Shown one piece after another: positions 25,731 through 38,198 of a stretch of 64,000 bases of DNA. Within the stretch, counting starts at the first letter, position 1, and each line of letters starts with the position of its first letter. Location: the NCBI RefSeq assembly GCF_003918875.1, contig NW_025766980.1:1798001-1862000 (forward strand), written 5' to 3'. The stretch comes from Haliotis rubra. Its lineage: Eukaryota. The notes below the pieces were generated by a model. It was not told the origin of the DNA, made no database searches, and saw only the letters and a program-made list of their open reading frames with translations. A program made the translations under genes and the position numbers.

Positions 25731-25854
25731 CCAGGGCCTCCTTTCACAAAGCACTAAGGTGATCGTAAGTCACTTAGGTAACCTTAGTGCAATGTTAAAG
25801 AATGGGAGTTAAGGTTAACCTTAGTTATGGTTGCTTCGTGAAAGGAGCTCCTGG
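25731..25854. mobile_element. Small MITE with ~22-bp imperfect TIRs
   Basis: ccagggcctcctttcacaaagc ... gcttcgtgaaaggagctcctgg; related fragment near 16704. Confidence 0.65.
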
Positions 25855-26209
25855 ACTTGAAGCAGAATACGTGCTCGTCCGATTTAGGAATGACATGTTC
25901 ATAATGATTATGATGGATATGTCATGCAGACAGATGTTACACATATAAATTGTTGTGTTTCCGTATAAATACAGTTAGAAAATGTCTTCACCTTCAAGTC
26001 ACATATAAGACTATTCCATACAATAGGAATGGAAGACCTAATGTTATTAAAACTGATTTCTTAAAACTCCTTTCGATCGAACCGTCTTCGGAAATTAAAT
26101 TCAGTTCTAATGCGTTCCAAAATATTTGTCCGACGTTAAGTCGGCTTTCCCACCAGATGAAGCCGAATATAAGTTGGACCCAGTCTGATTATGATATAGT
26201 CACTTGATT

Positions 26210-26397
26210 CAGACAGACAGAGTCAAACAGACAAGACATACATCAGTCACACATGCATACAAGCACAGACATAGATACGCATACAGACAGGCAGACAGGC
26301 AGACAAGCAGGCAGGCAGGCAGGCAGGCAGACAGACAGGCAGACAAGCAGACAGGCAGGCAGGCAGGCAGGCAGACAGGCAGGCAGGCAGGCAGACA
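26210..26397. repeat. Compound (CAGA)/(CAGG)n microsatellite
   Basis: Seen directly. Confidence 0.9.
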
Positions 26398-26399
26398 AA

Positions 26400-27378
26400 A
26401 AGAATACTTCCGGACAACACCGTTAAGACATTTTCGGTCTTGCGTTATCGTGTTGGTAGAAAATGCCACGTGGTCGTTGCTGGAATAATGGCAACACACC
26501 TGGCCGCAAAACTTCCTCCCTGTAACTTCGAGGTTGCCATGAATAATCACAAGACCCGTTTTGTAATCGCCGCAGATGGTTCCCCACACCATTACGCTCC
26601 CTCCTTCAAACGGTCGGACTTGCTGAAGGCATTTCGGCGCTAAACGTTCACCTACTAACACAAGCCCGGCCGTCATTACTGGTAGGCAAAACCTACTCTC
26701 GTCGGTGAACATCAAACGTCGCCAATCACGCATCTGCCAACGTCAAACGCGTTTGGCCCATGTCAATCGACGACATGGGTTTTGAAGAGTCAGATGCTCT
26801 GCGCCATAGGGTCGACGTGCTCGAATACCATGTTCTCTTAGCCGCCGGTACAAAGTATGTCGACTGATACTGTGTCCTAGTGCCGTCACTGCCCTTGACG
26901 TCGCCGTTTCGAAACAATTAATTTCTCAGATGAATTGTCCGAATGTGGCGATCATCACCAGGCATTGTCACACGTGGTCGACCACTCCTGGGCCTGTCTG
27001 ACGTATTGCCTGTGTCTCTTGTTCGTTGATCAGTCTGGTGACAGTTGCGTGCAGCCGAAGGTTTGGCAATGACAGTGTGGTCATCTCCTTGTTGGGCAAT
27101 TCCGACAGCTCTCTCTCTATTTCGATTTGCCTCAAATGTGGCATGTTTTTGTGTTCTTTTTGCTACTCCGTTGCTCACGTGTCGCGTAGGCTGTTTTATA
27201 CTGTCAGTATGCACGTGCATTTCGTTTTTGATTTTTTGCGACGTTTAGGCGATTCGTTAACTTGTTTCACTGTTTGTACCCGGAGAGTATGGATCTGTAA
27301 GTGTGTATTTCACTTCACTTCTATGTTTGTGAATTTGTATGTATAAGCTGTGTACAGTTTCTTTTGAGCACTAGTTTA
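26400..27378 (-). mobile_element. Decayed Tc1 transposon, 3'-truncated
   Basis: DRPRSGRPRVT..DDRHIR, WRRLMFTDESRFCL, GGSVMVWGTI; 5' TIR actagtgctcaaaagaaactgtaca. Confidence 0.88.
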
Positions 27379-27380
27379 TA

Positions 27381-28883
27381 TACTAGGCGACATTAATATA
27401 GGGTGTGAAGAACAGGTTCTCAGAAATAATAGAACTAAGAGAGTCACCATAAAGTTTAATGTGAGGACAAACGTGACACATCGTGACATACAGGCAAAAA
27501 GTTCAAACAGTACTAGCAAACATCAGTTGTATAGACCAACCCCTCAAAATGAAAACGACAAACACGAAGCACTCGGTCATTCAATATCTTGTGTACCCTC
27601 CTCGCTCGTCCAAGACACACATGCACCTTGTTCTCATGTTCCTTATCAAGTTCATAAAGAAAGCTTGCGGAATCGCATTCCATTCCTCTACATGAGCTCT
27701 GTCGTGTCCTGGGAGATCCACTGGTGCTAGGTGACGTGTGTGCACAAGTCGACCGAGTTCATACCAGGCATGCTCAATTGGGTTGAGGTCGGGCGAGCAT
27801 GTTGGCCACTCCATCCGCTCTACACCCTGCTGCCTAAGGAATTCCGTGACAATCCTGGCCCTATGAGGCCTAGAGTTGTCGTCTTGCAGGAATGAGGATC
27901 GGCCATAAGAACCATGCATAGCTTGCAGGAATGGTACTTCTATAGGAACCAGAATATCGTCCCGATAACGCTCTCCGGTGAGATTACAGTCGACCACGTA
28001 AAGTGGAGTACGTCCAGTAGGACTTATCCCTGTCCAAACCATGACTGACCCACCGCCAAATCGGTTATGCGTGGCCACAGTTGCATCTGTGATTCGCTCT
28101 CCATTGCAACGATAAATCCTCTACCGACCATCATGGAAGGACAAATTGAATCTGCTTTCATCTGTGAAGAGCACACGAGACCATTGGCGTTGATTCCAGC
28201 GGCGATGATGTCTACTGCATCTCAAACCCCTCTGCCTGTGACGTGGTGTTAGTAATGGACGAACTGCAGGCTGCCTACAGCGGAGTCCGGCTGCCCTTAG
28301 ACGTCTACGAACGGTGCTCCCGGAAGATCTGCTGCTTAATGAATCTGTTAATCATGTGCCTATCATCACGGACTGTTGCGACTCTGGGGCGACCTGGTCG
28401 ACGTGCACATTCAACGAACCCATTGGCTTGAAATCTCACATTAAACCGGACAGCAAGTTTGACCAGAGATTCAAAAGGCTTATAGCCTGACCCCTTTCAG
28501 CAAGTGTAAAAACCGTCTTATTTTAAGCTGCGATTAAAAACAGGTTCCTGAACAGTGCACGTCAGTGAAAAAGAATCAATGCATGTGTATTGTCCTCCAC
28601 TTTCCATGGATAAAGAGCGACTTGCACGTGCAAATCATAGACATTAAATGGCAGGTGGTTTTCCATATTGACAATTTGAATAAAAAATATGCCATTTGTA
28701 ACAGAATGCATCGGACGTTAAAGAACGTAATAATGACATTTCAACGGCCTGATGTGTTTTTCCATACTGTTAAAAAAGTTTGAAAAACATTCAGTTGTAT
28801 ATATTTCAAACTAAAACGACGATTTTACAACTTTAAGAAATGGTGTTACTAATAGCTTGACCCTGCATTAATGACGCCGAGTA
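27381..28883 (-). mobile_element. Full-length decayed Tc1 transposon with TIRs and TA TSD
   Basis: TIRs tactaggcgacattaatataggg / ccctgcattaatgacgccgagta; GGGSVMVW, LQDDNSRPHRA, WPTCSPDLNPIEHAW, GGYTRY. Confidence 0.92.
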
Positions 28884-30063
28884 TAAACTATGTGTGTGTA
28901 AATAGGTGATGATATTAACAGTAATAGTTACTGTGAGTGTGTGAGTGAGTTAAAGTTTGACGTTGCATATGCATTATTTAAGCCTCGTAATAATTGTGAG
29001 AAACAAAAATTCACTATATCTCCTAAACCGCCACCTCCTTAAGGCAGACAGTTATTGATCCGGACATGTAAATCCATATTACTATTCGATGTTGCTTTTG
29101 GTCAGCCTAGCTGGAAAGTCTAGCTGATTAAATATTGATGCTGCAGGATACATATTTGTTTGCGTTTCTTTATACAGTTCGTGTCATGTTGTGACGAACA
29201 CACGGACATATCCTCCTTTGTATTGTCTTGAAATTCGGAAACGATAACTCAACCATTCCCCGAGCGATGCAGCTAGGATACCATCTCTGTAAACAAGTCA
29301 GCATCACCAACTTTCTGCACATTTCAAAGTATATAGTATGGACCTTCAACTGAAAATACCTCGAGGTGTTTTGTGGAACAATATACATATATTACTTTTG
29401 AAGTTTATGTTTATATTTTGTTTCCATAACGACGATGTAACACGACCTCGAGGCATACGCAAGATTTACGAGGGTTTCTAACAGCTCATGGGTATTTTTT
29501 AATAAATATAGGTCCCTTAGCAACATATCGTTATCGTAAATTGATGGGTTCGTAAGGCTCCGTGACATGGTTGAGTGCATCTTAGTATTGGCCGATGTTT
29601 ATTATATCACTCACTGTATCAGCTGGTCCACAGTCCATTATTTACATACAGATAGCTGAAACATTAGACCAGGGTTGTAGTGAAGTCAATGGTTTCTCGT
29701 CAATGTTCTCATATATGTTTCACTATTATTTTGCCATTGAGGCTTACACCTATGGAATCTCTTTCAGCAGATTATCGAGACTAAATATTAAGTGGGCTTA
29801 CATGTTGAAGCCATGGAGAAACCCGATCTACTGCATCCATACATACACACAGTATATATCGTCATGATGTTTTTAATACAGAAAGGGTGTGTTATGACTG
29901 ATCGCCCGTAATGTATTGTTTCTTTTCTTTGTGACTTGTGACATTTGACACAGCTGCTACCTTTCAACTCCAGGTACGGTGTGACTGCTAATGGTTTCAT
30001 GGCAATCAAGAAGATTTACGTCTATATTTGGGCGTCATCGTGGCTGTTAGGCATGCCATTAAG

Positions 30064-30228
30064 TGAGTGAGTGAGTTGGATTTTACGCCGCTTTTAGCAA
30101 TATTCCAGCAATATCACGGCGGGGTACACCAGAAATGGGCTTCACACATTGCACCCATGTTAGGAATCGAACCCAGATCTTCGGCGTGACGAACGAACGC
30201 TTTAACCACTGGGGCTACCCAACCGCCC
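30064..30228 (-). mobile_element. SINE family A
   Basis: Homologous to 16177-16342; 13-bp TSD gcatgccattaag. Confidence 0.92.
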
Positions 30229-30241
30229 GCATGCCATTAAG

Positions 30242-30460
30242 ACCCATGCTTGTCGTTAATGGCAACTAACGGGATCGGGTGGTAAGACTCGCTGACTTGG
30301 TTGTCACATGTCATCGTATACCAACTGTGTAGATCGATGCTGATGGTGTTGATCACTGGATTGTCTGGTTTGCAAACCGCCGCCATATAGCTGGAATATT
30401 GCTGAGTGCGACGTCAAGCATGGATTGATGAAGACCAATTCTAGCCCGGATCTTCACTGG
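30242..30460. mobile_element. SINE family B fragments (plus-strand body, then minus-strand head)
   Basis: Homology to 50450-50689. Confidence 0.75.
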
Positions 30461-31032
30461 TCCAGTCAGCCAAGTAATCGAGTCTGGCCACACGACCTCA
30501 GGCGTACAGGTTGCGTAACTGACGCAATACTACATATGATCATTGGCATCGTTATTGAAGGAGAATTCAATAACCTATTCAAAGTGTAGACACTCAAGAA
30601 ATAACAATCAACGAGAATACAGAAGCATTTGTATTACGTCATTGAGGTATATAATTACATTGTCTACGAGTTTTTACATGTTCCAACGGACCTAAATAAA
30701 TTCAATAATCTTGTGTGCGACGTTGAAACCCATTTCTGCGTCTTCGATTTATATGGAAAATACTGTCGGGCATTGTCAGATGAAGTCGTTGAAAATAAAA
30801 TGGGGAAAATGTTACCAAATCAACACTCGATCGACGTTCTTACATCTTAAGTCGCGTTGCACTATGTGATCATTTCCTCTTTTCTTTTTCACTTCGGATA
30901 AAGGCAGTCTCCTATGGTATTTCTTCGTAATGAGAGAAAATGATTGTGACATAGGTAAACGTATCTTCCTATTAACGAATGTATTAGAATAGGTAAGCCG
31001 TCGTTTTATTGATTTTGTTTATTTGTTACGTA

Positions 31033-32546
31033 TACTAGGCACATACAGAAACTGTGCATACAAAAAATTTAATCTAAATTGATCAAACCTGTGTAGACAC
31101 ATAAGGATTTAAACTCAGAGATTAGTGACATGTATCCAACATGCACGCACGTGCCACGTTCCATGACGTCAGTGGGTTCGTCCTTGAGACGTACAATACA
31201 TTGTTGCAATACGTGCATTCCAGGAAAGAGAAACAGAGCAAATGAATGCCACACAATACTGTCACTTTGGAAAGCTCAACCCCTGCCCTTGCGATCGTTC
31301 AAAAAATTAAACGGCTATTGAAACGCATAGCATGCAAAGGCTCACGTCTGCACAACGTCATGAGGCCATTGGGATGGTCCGTTGGGAAATGTCTCAACGA
31401 CAAGTCGCTGCACATTTCCACTGCCACCGGAACACCATTTCTGCACTGGTGAGACGCTACCAGAACACAAATGACGTCATCGATCGGCCACGTTCTGGAC
31501 GTCCACGTGTAACAACGCCAAGACAGGACAGATGGATAAGGGTGACCCATCTTCGCCACAGGTTTCAGACTGCAGTGATGACTGCCCGCACCATCCCAGG
31601 ACTTCGCCGTATCCACCCCAACACAGTTCGACAACGTTTACGTCATCACGGGATCAAACCACGACGTCCCGCCATACGGCCTATCCTAAAACAACGTCAT
31701 CGACAAGCTCACCGAATGTGGTGCCGAAATCATATCCGCAGACCCTTATTTTGGTGGAGAAATGTTGTTTTTACAGATGACTCCAGGTTTAAGATTTCCC
31801 ATAGTGATGGACGTCAACGTGCCTATAGACGCGTGGGAGAACGTTATGCACAGGCCTGTGTCTTGGAGAGGAATCGCTTTGGTGGCGCTTCCGTGATGAT
31901 TTGGGGTGGAATAACAGCACGCCAAAGAACTCCTTTGGTTATTGTTCAGGGCAACTTAACTGGTGTGGGCTACAGGGATCAGATTCTTGGACCTGTGGCA
32001 ATTCCTTTTCTGCAACGTCATGGCCCTGGGTTAACATTCCAACAGGACAATGCCCGCCCTCATACGGCAAGGGTTGCTATGGATTTCTTGCAACACCACA
32101 ACGTTGACTTACTGCCGTGGCCTGCAAATTCACCGGATCTCTCCCCGAAAGAGCATGTTTGGGACGAAATGGATCGACGTCTACGCCGTCTTCCTCATCC
32201 GCCAGATAACGTCCTTGACCTTGCAACAGAACTTGGGAGAATCTGGCGTGACATCCCACAAGCCTTCCTTGCACGTTTGATAGGCTATATGCGTCGTCGA
32301 TGCACTGCTGTTCTCAATGCCGATGGTGGACATACCCGTTATTGAGCTTGTGACATGGTCGTTTGACCCCTGTCCCGCTTGTTGAGTCGTGACGTCATTG
32401 TGATTGACTTTTCAATTGAAATTCTCCCGACTTGTTATGGTCTCATGATCCCTCCATTAAAGTTTATATGTACCTTTGACATTGTTATCGTACTTATCAA
32501 CTGGGATAATATTTTGACAATGCACAGTTTCTTTATGTGGCTAGTG
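31033..32546 (+). mobile_element. Full-length Tc1 transposon with 27-bp TIRs and TA TSD
   Basis: tactaggcacatacagaaactgtgcat ... atgcacagtttctttatgtggctagtg, flanked by TA at 31031-32 and 32547-48. Confidence 0.95.
31332..32345 (+). CDS. Tc1-family DD34E transposase, 337 aa, open ORF
   Basis: N-terminal HTH and GRPR motif; VFTDDSRF, QQDNARPH, SPDLSPKEHVW with 34 residues between D and E. Confidence 0.95.
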   Translation: MQRLTSAQRHEAIGMVRWEMSQRQVAAHFHCHRNTISALVRRYQNTNDVIDRPRSGRPRVTTPRQDRWIRVTHLRHRFQTAVMTARTIPGLRRIHPNTVRQRLRHHGIKPRRPAIRPILKQRHRQAHRMWCRNHIRRPLFWWRNVVFTDDSRFKISHSDGRQRAYRRVGERYAQACVLERNRFGGASVMIWGGITARQRTPLVIVQGNLTGVGYRDQILGPVAIPFLQRHGPGLTFQQDNARPHTARVAMDFLQHHNVDLLPWPANSPDLSPKEHVWDEMDRRLRRLPHPPDNVLDLATELGRIWRDIPQAFLARLIGYMRRRCTAVLNADGGHTRY

Positions 32547-34997
32547 TATTAATATGAAAGACTCTACCATGGTAACATCCAAATCCTAGAACGATTCGTG
32601 GACAAAGAAAGATGACTGTTTATCAACAGGTTTACAGATATTCGTCCTCCTGCGGAAACATTTGGGAAATGTTTAAGAGACTAATTCGTGAAAACTATGG
32701 AAACGGAAAAAAAGTTCATAAGTTAGTTCAATATCTGGAAATCAACTATCACACATTAAATCCGGTTCATTAGCTCATTTAACAAGGAACATGGCCTCTG
32801 GGTATAACAAATTTAATATTTTGTTTACTTACTTACATGGCCAGTGTGTTTTATTTTCTTGACATTAGGATCTACAATGCAACAGCCATGTCAAGACCCT
32901 GCTTGAGTCATTGCAGATGATACCCATTAGATAATCCCGGTACTATGCATGTTAATAGAATCGATACTTTCTTTGGGATGTCCCGAGGAGACATCCAGCC
33001 TTCCCAATATCGATTCCATTCGAATCGATTGACGCTTCGAAACGCACACTGGCAACGCAGTAAGGAATATAGACACATGTTGTTGATACTCAAAATAATT
33101 ATGCTCTCTTGTTTTTCCTCACCGTCTAACAACATGTATGTACTTCCTTATGGTACTGTAATAGGTACCACTGTCACAGTTCAGTTTAAAACTTAAAAGT
33201 TGGTCACATAATCGATTTGCCGATCATAGGAAGGTCATTATACAAATGTGTCAAACAGATACTGAAGTAAATCTATAGTCTGATGGAGACTTCGTTTTGT
33301 TTAGTACGAACACTACGGGTCGTAGTGACAATATTCCTGTGGTGTGGTGTCAGATTCTCACTTTTCCGATCTAAAAGGATCTAAAAGATCAGAAAGAACC
33401 ATAAGTTTGTATATCGAGAGCTCTTCGTGCACGGGAATTCCCAGGAATTTCTCTAAGAATTTTGTGGTCCGTCATTTCAAATACACAGTCTCCTCAGAAA
33501 TTTAATGAAAAATGTGTTGGTATTACCTTGATGAACGTCAGTTTGATGGTCATTTCAAAATGAAAGTTCACTGACTGGATGGTCACTGGGAAATCACGAA
33601 TTCAAACCAACCGCAAGGATCTACCTAGTGTATTGGTAGGCGAAGTAGAAGTCGAAAATACGCACACGCACACGCATACGGACACGCACACGCACATGTT
33701 GAATGTACAAGACACAATTACTTGATATTTCTTCGAAGCTTTAATGATGTTGCTATAAATAAGTTTGATCAATCTTGGAACAGTGTTTTGCAAAATTGCA
33801 CAAGATATAGATTATTAAGGAGTAGTACGGAAGTCTTTTATCTCTTTGACGGTAAAGACTTTGAGTCACTTGCCTGTTTATGATATACACTCATAAACTG
33901 TATCTATTAATACAAAACAGTGAACGTTAACAGCGGCAGAAACATGCCTTAGAGATGAGACTTTGGCGTATTGCTTGAATGTCATTTACTCCTCACAAGG
34001 CATGCAAAACGAAGAATTCTCGCCTTATAATACACAGTCATGTGTGGACCTTGTATAGGTAATATGACGATTTAGAATGTAGTCGTGGTAAAATTACCTC
34101 TTCAAACATGAACTGGCAGGTTTAATATGGTTGGTTTAATGTTAAGACGTTTGTTGTTACTATCGTGTACATGATACATCGGTGTTCCGCTTCCTTTGGT
34201 TAAGATCTCTGATGTAGCATCACGGTACAGGGATTGGTAAGTACGTACATGTCACAGAACTCTTTCCACATACATGAGACATATATGACAACAGCAGAGT
34301 ACGACTCCGACCAATCACGAGGGGGAACCACTATCAAACCGTGGTGATACCAGGTATCTTCTGAAAGGTCAACTTTTCCTGTACTATCGATGGCACTCGT
34401 CATAAACCAAAATATTATTCAATTGATCAATTGTAAATGGCTTCCATGACTCAATTGCCAGTTGTCAGGTGTTGATCTGAGTCCGTTATAGATTTCTGGA
34501 CGGTAAAGACTTTGATTTTTCTGAAATAGCGATAAATTGTCATGTGACTTTTCACCCGTGACGATCCGTGTTAGACTCGATGACTTCAAATCAAATGACT
34601 TTAGGTGACCTTGCCACGACGGTCGCTATTGCCATTAGTATCTCTCTGGTCTATGTGGTTTTGGATTTTCTTTTTGAAATGATAATTGTAAAAACTTTTA
34701 GAACATCACAAATAATTTTCAGTTCATCATTTTGTTTATTAAAATAATTTTACGGAAGACCACGCATTATGATAAGAAGGGGTCCATAATTGAAACCAGC
34801 GTAGAAATGGTAACCTGTAAAAATCTTATGAAATATGATCAGCAGTATCTACACTGAATTGAGGAGAGGATAATAAGTTTGATGTTTGTCACGTTGGTAG
34901 TGATATTTCTTGATAAATCACCAGCAGGAGCCTTTACAAGACGCGGCTTGAATCACGTGTTAAATGTGTCTTATAACACCAAGACTGAGATACTTAC

Positions 34998-35037
34998 CAG
35001 CTGAGCACGCAGACACAATCAACACCATCATCAGCAT
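34998..35037 (-). CDS. Signal-peptide mini-exon (MLMMVLIVSACSA), phase 1; downstream partner uncertain (23788 or 34360)
   Basis: ttttcag|ATG...GCT G|gtaagt; canonical splice sites and a hydrophobic peptide. Confidence 0.6.
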
Positions 35038-36023
35038 CTGAAAATCAAACATGTGATGTCATCAACAAAGAATACAGTGGGTACTTATGTCAAGGTTAAC
35101 CGACTGGCAGCCTTAAAAAATCTATAACACGATATCTTTATCTGTGCCATGTGTTTCTGTTATTTTTCAGGTGAACGATTGACTTGTGTGCGCGTTTGTG
35201 ATTGCCCAGTCGGTGAGCAGGATCACCCTTTCGCGAACACCTTGTTTCATCACAAATTTGACAGTTATTAATAAATACATGCTTATGACATAATCGGAAT
35301 CGTTCAGTAACCTCTCAGCATATATTCACAATGCCTATTGATTTTATCCCTCTGCATTTACACTGTATGAAGCAATCATACCAACATAGTGTTGACTTGT
35401 AATCAGATCAGTAGCATGGATGAATGATTAAAACATCCAGCTACTCTATCTGCAATGTACTCTGTTGGAAAAGGCACCATCTTGCTGATGTGGTTTACTG
35501 ATTATATAATGGTCTGTAAAACTGATGTGGAGTATACATACAATTATGTATGATCATCTGTTTCTTTATGCATATAAATCTGAATATCTGCTCGGGCCAG
35601 CAAAATCAATATAAGTCAATTTTGACAAAAGTTGAACTTGAGCTGCAAACATATCGATGTTCTGATATCGTTAAAAACGGGCAAGTATTCAGTTACTTTC
35701 CTCTCCCTTACCCACCTGGAATAGCAATAAGGACGAACAGGGAGTCCGCCTCGTCTTCATATTTAAATATACGTTGAAACATTTCGAGTAATTCAAGCTT
35801 TATGAATAAGGCTTTCCTTCATATTTCCTATTTCAGCGAACATTACAAAGAGGGACACAACACATTTGCTCCATAGTTGTTTCAGCAGGGTCAAAACGTC
35901 CAAGACTTCAGTGTAGGTTTCCAAAAGATTATTCTGACATGCAGAGGACATATGTCGGTGTTTTAAAGGTGTACAGTTGCCTTACCTTGTATGTGTTGTT
36001 GCGAACATCATCACACTTAGAGA

Positions 36024-36263
36024 GTGGTTGGTTTGGTGTTTAACGCCGCTCTCAGCAATATTGCAGCTATATTATGACAGTTTGTAAATAATCGAGTCTG
36101 GACAAGACAATCCAGTGATCAACATCATGAGCACCGATCTACGCAATTGGGATGAGATGACATGTCAACCAAGTCAGCGAGCCTGACCACCCGACCCCGT
36201 TAGTTGCCTTTTACGATAAGCATGGGTAACTGAAGACCAGTTCTAACCCGGATCTTCACGGAT
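36024..36263 (-). mobile_element. SINE family B, full length
   Basis: Homology to 50450-50689. Confidence 0.88.
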
Positions 36264-36428
36264 CAGAATTAGAGAATGTATGAATGTATATTTTGGTCGT
36301 GTAGTTGTTTTGCTGAGATCTATACTGCTAATGCGATATTACATTTTATCTCACCCGATCACTGCATGTGCGAGGCAAACAAACCCCGGCAAACGAATCT
36401 CAGTGATACTATTACATACAATACTTTA

Positions 36429-36724
36429 CCATTTAATTGTCAATGTTTAAAAGATGCATACGATTGAATGTGTTCCACCACACCTATGTATTGGCAACCC
36501 GTGTAAGGATAGTTTTGTGTCATCTAAGGATGATGTTTTGATAAGTATTGCTACTTTTTCTTTAGAAGGGTATATTATGCCTGTACATTGTGCAAAAATG
36601 TTTCCATAGCTTTCAAAGGCAATAATGTATGACTGGTACTGGTTTTACAAGCATCAATAAATTGTAAAATTATTCTGTAATGTGGGCCATGGCCTTATAT
36701 GCTGAAATAAAACTGTCTGTCTGT
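36429..36724 (+). mobile_element. Heavily 5'-truncated LINE 3' end
   Basis: AATAAAA plus (CTGT)n tail as at 8545; 10-bp TSD caatacttta at 36419 and 36725. Confidence 0.65.
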
Positions 36725-37860
36725 CAATACTTTATGCGTCATTTCATAAAACACACTATAGATGATTTTATAGAAACATATTAATATTTCTTGATTTGTA
36801 AAATCAAAGCAGTCGCCTTTGTTACATTTCATAACCAAAACTTTTCAAGTACTGTCAGTTATCACAATAAACAGTGGATAATGCATGTGCATCGATTAAG
36901 TATGCAATTTGTAGTTTCATATATATTTGTGTACATATCTATTGACGGTTCACGAAGTAAATGCCTTGGCTTCCTGAGGTCAACATAAGACCATACCAAG
37001 GATGAGGCTGGTGCACCACGTGCAGTGTGGATGAAGATGCAGTGAACCATTCCCATGTAAAGAGCGTGTTCAATGTTAGAGAGTGAGCAACAAAATATTT
37101 TTATAGTACCGTTTTTATGTTACAATTTCCATTACATTATATGTTCTCCAAATGAAAGTATTTTTATTGTACAGTGAGTAATGTTGATGTAAATACATAG
37201 TGTGTACATTACATCTTATATACAGTACACATATATGATATATACGACGCAGACATTCAGTCAGTCAGTTACAGGTTTTTTAAAAGTACATGTAAATGGA
37301 ACGATGACCAGAAAGAATGAAAACTTGCATAGTTACAGCAAAATATGTTTAGACTGGGAATGTGTTAGAACTACTGTTGTTTATTTTATTCAAGCTATCA
37401 TCATTCTTGTTGCGTCTCCCACGGTGATGAGGATGTTCTTTGAATCGAGCTATGTATAGAGCTGCGACTTTACCGTCCGCCATGTTACCGGTCACAGAGA
37501 CATTTCGTTGTCCTAATTGATTATGTATTGAGAAGAGACTAGACTCACGTATCTACTGTGGTGTTTTAATCACTAATGGTATATACTTTGGTCTTGAGTG
37601 TTCGATGTTTTTACATGTTTTTGGTCTAAAAAGAAGCTACAATATTTTTTCCAACATCATAAAAATATATCGTTCGATTCTGACGCGTAGGTTTGTAATT
37701 GAATGACTGTCACATGTGCTACCGGGTGCTCTAATTGATAATCTAAGCATGGTTACGGTAGAATCATATTTCCAAATCTGTATGTCTTGAACATAGTCAC
37801 TGAAATGTGTATAGTTACAGTTCCCCAGTCGACTATGTAATGTGTTTAATTCAGGTGTAA

Positions 37861-38198
37861 GGGACCGTTCATAATTTATGGCTGGTGTGTGTGCGTGCGT
37901 GCGTGTGTGTGTGTGTGTGTGTTATGATAATTTTAAGGGGGGTCACCCATTTTGTTCTGGGAGCTGGAGGGTCATCAATTTTGAACATTAAATTATGACT
38001 AAAATTGTGCTTAGAAATTATGGGAAGGGAAGGGGGTAATTGATTTTGCACATGGCATGCAGGTGGTCATTGATTTTGTTTTACATTTTAAGGGGGGGGG
38101 GGGGTATTCACATTGTACATGCTTCTCCATAAAAATCATCATCACACACAAACACCACCACCCACACCACCACCCCGCCATAAATTATGAACGGTCCC
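37861..38198. mobile_element. PIF/Harbinger (Tourist-like) MITE
   Basis: Perfect 22-bp TIR gggaccgttcataatttatggc; TAA TSD on both sides. Confidence 0.9.

Noticed and set aside
26204-26488. RQAG/CLPA-repeat ORFs
   Set aside because: Translation of a tetranucleotide microsatellite.
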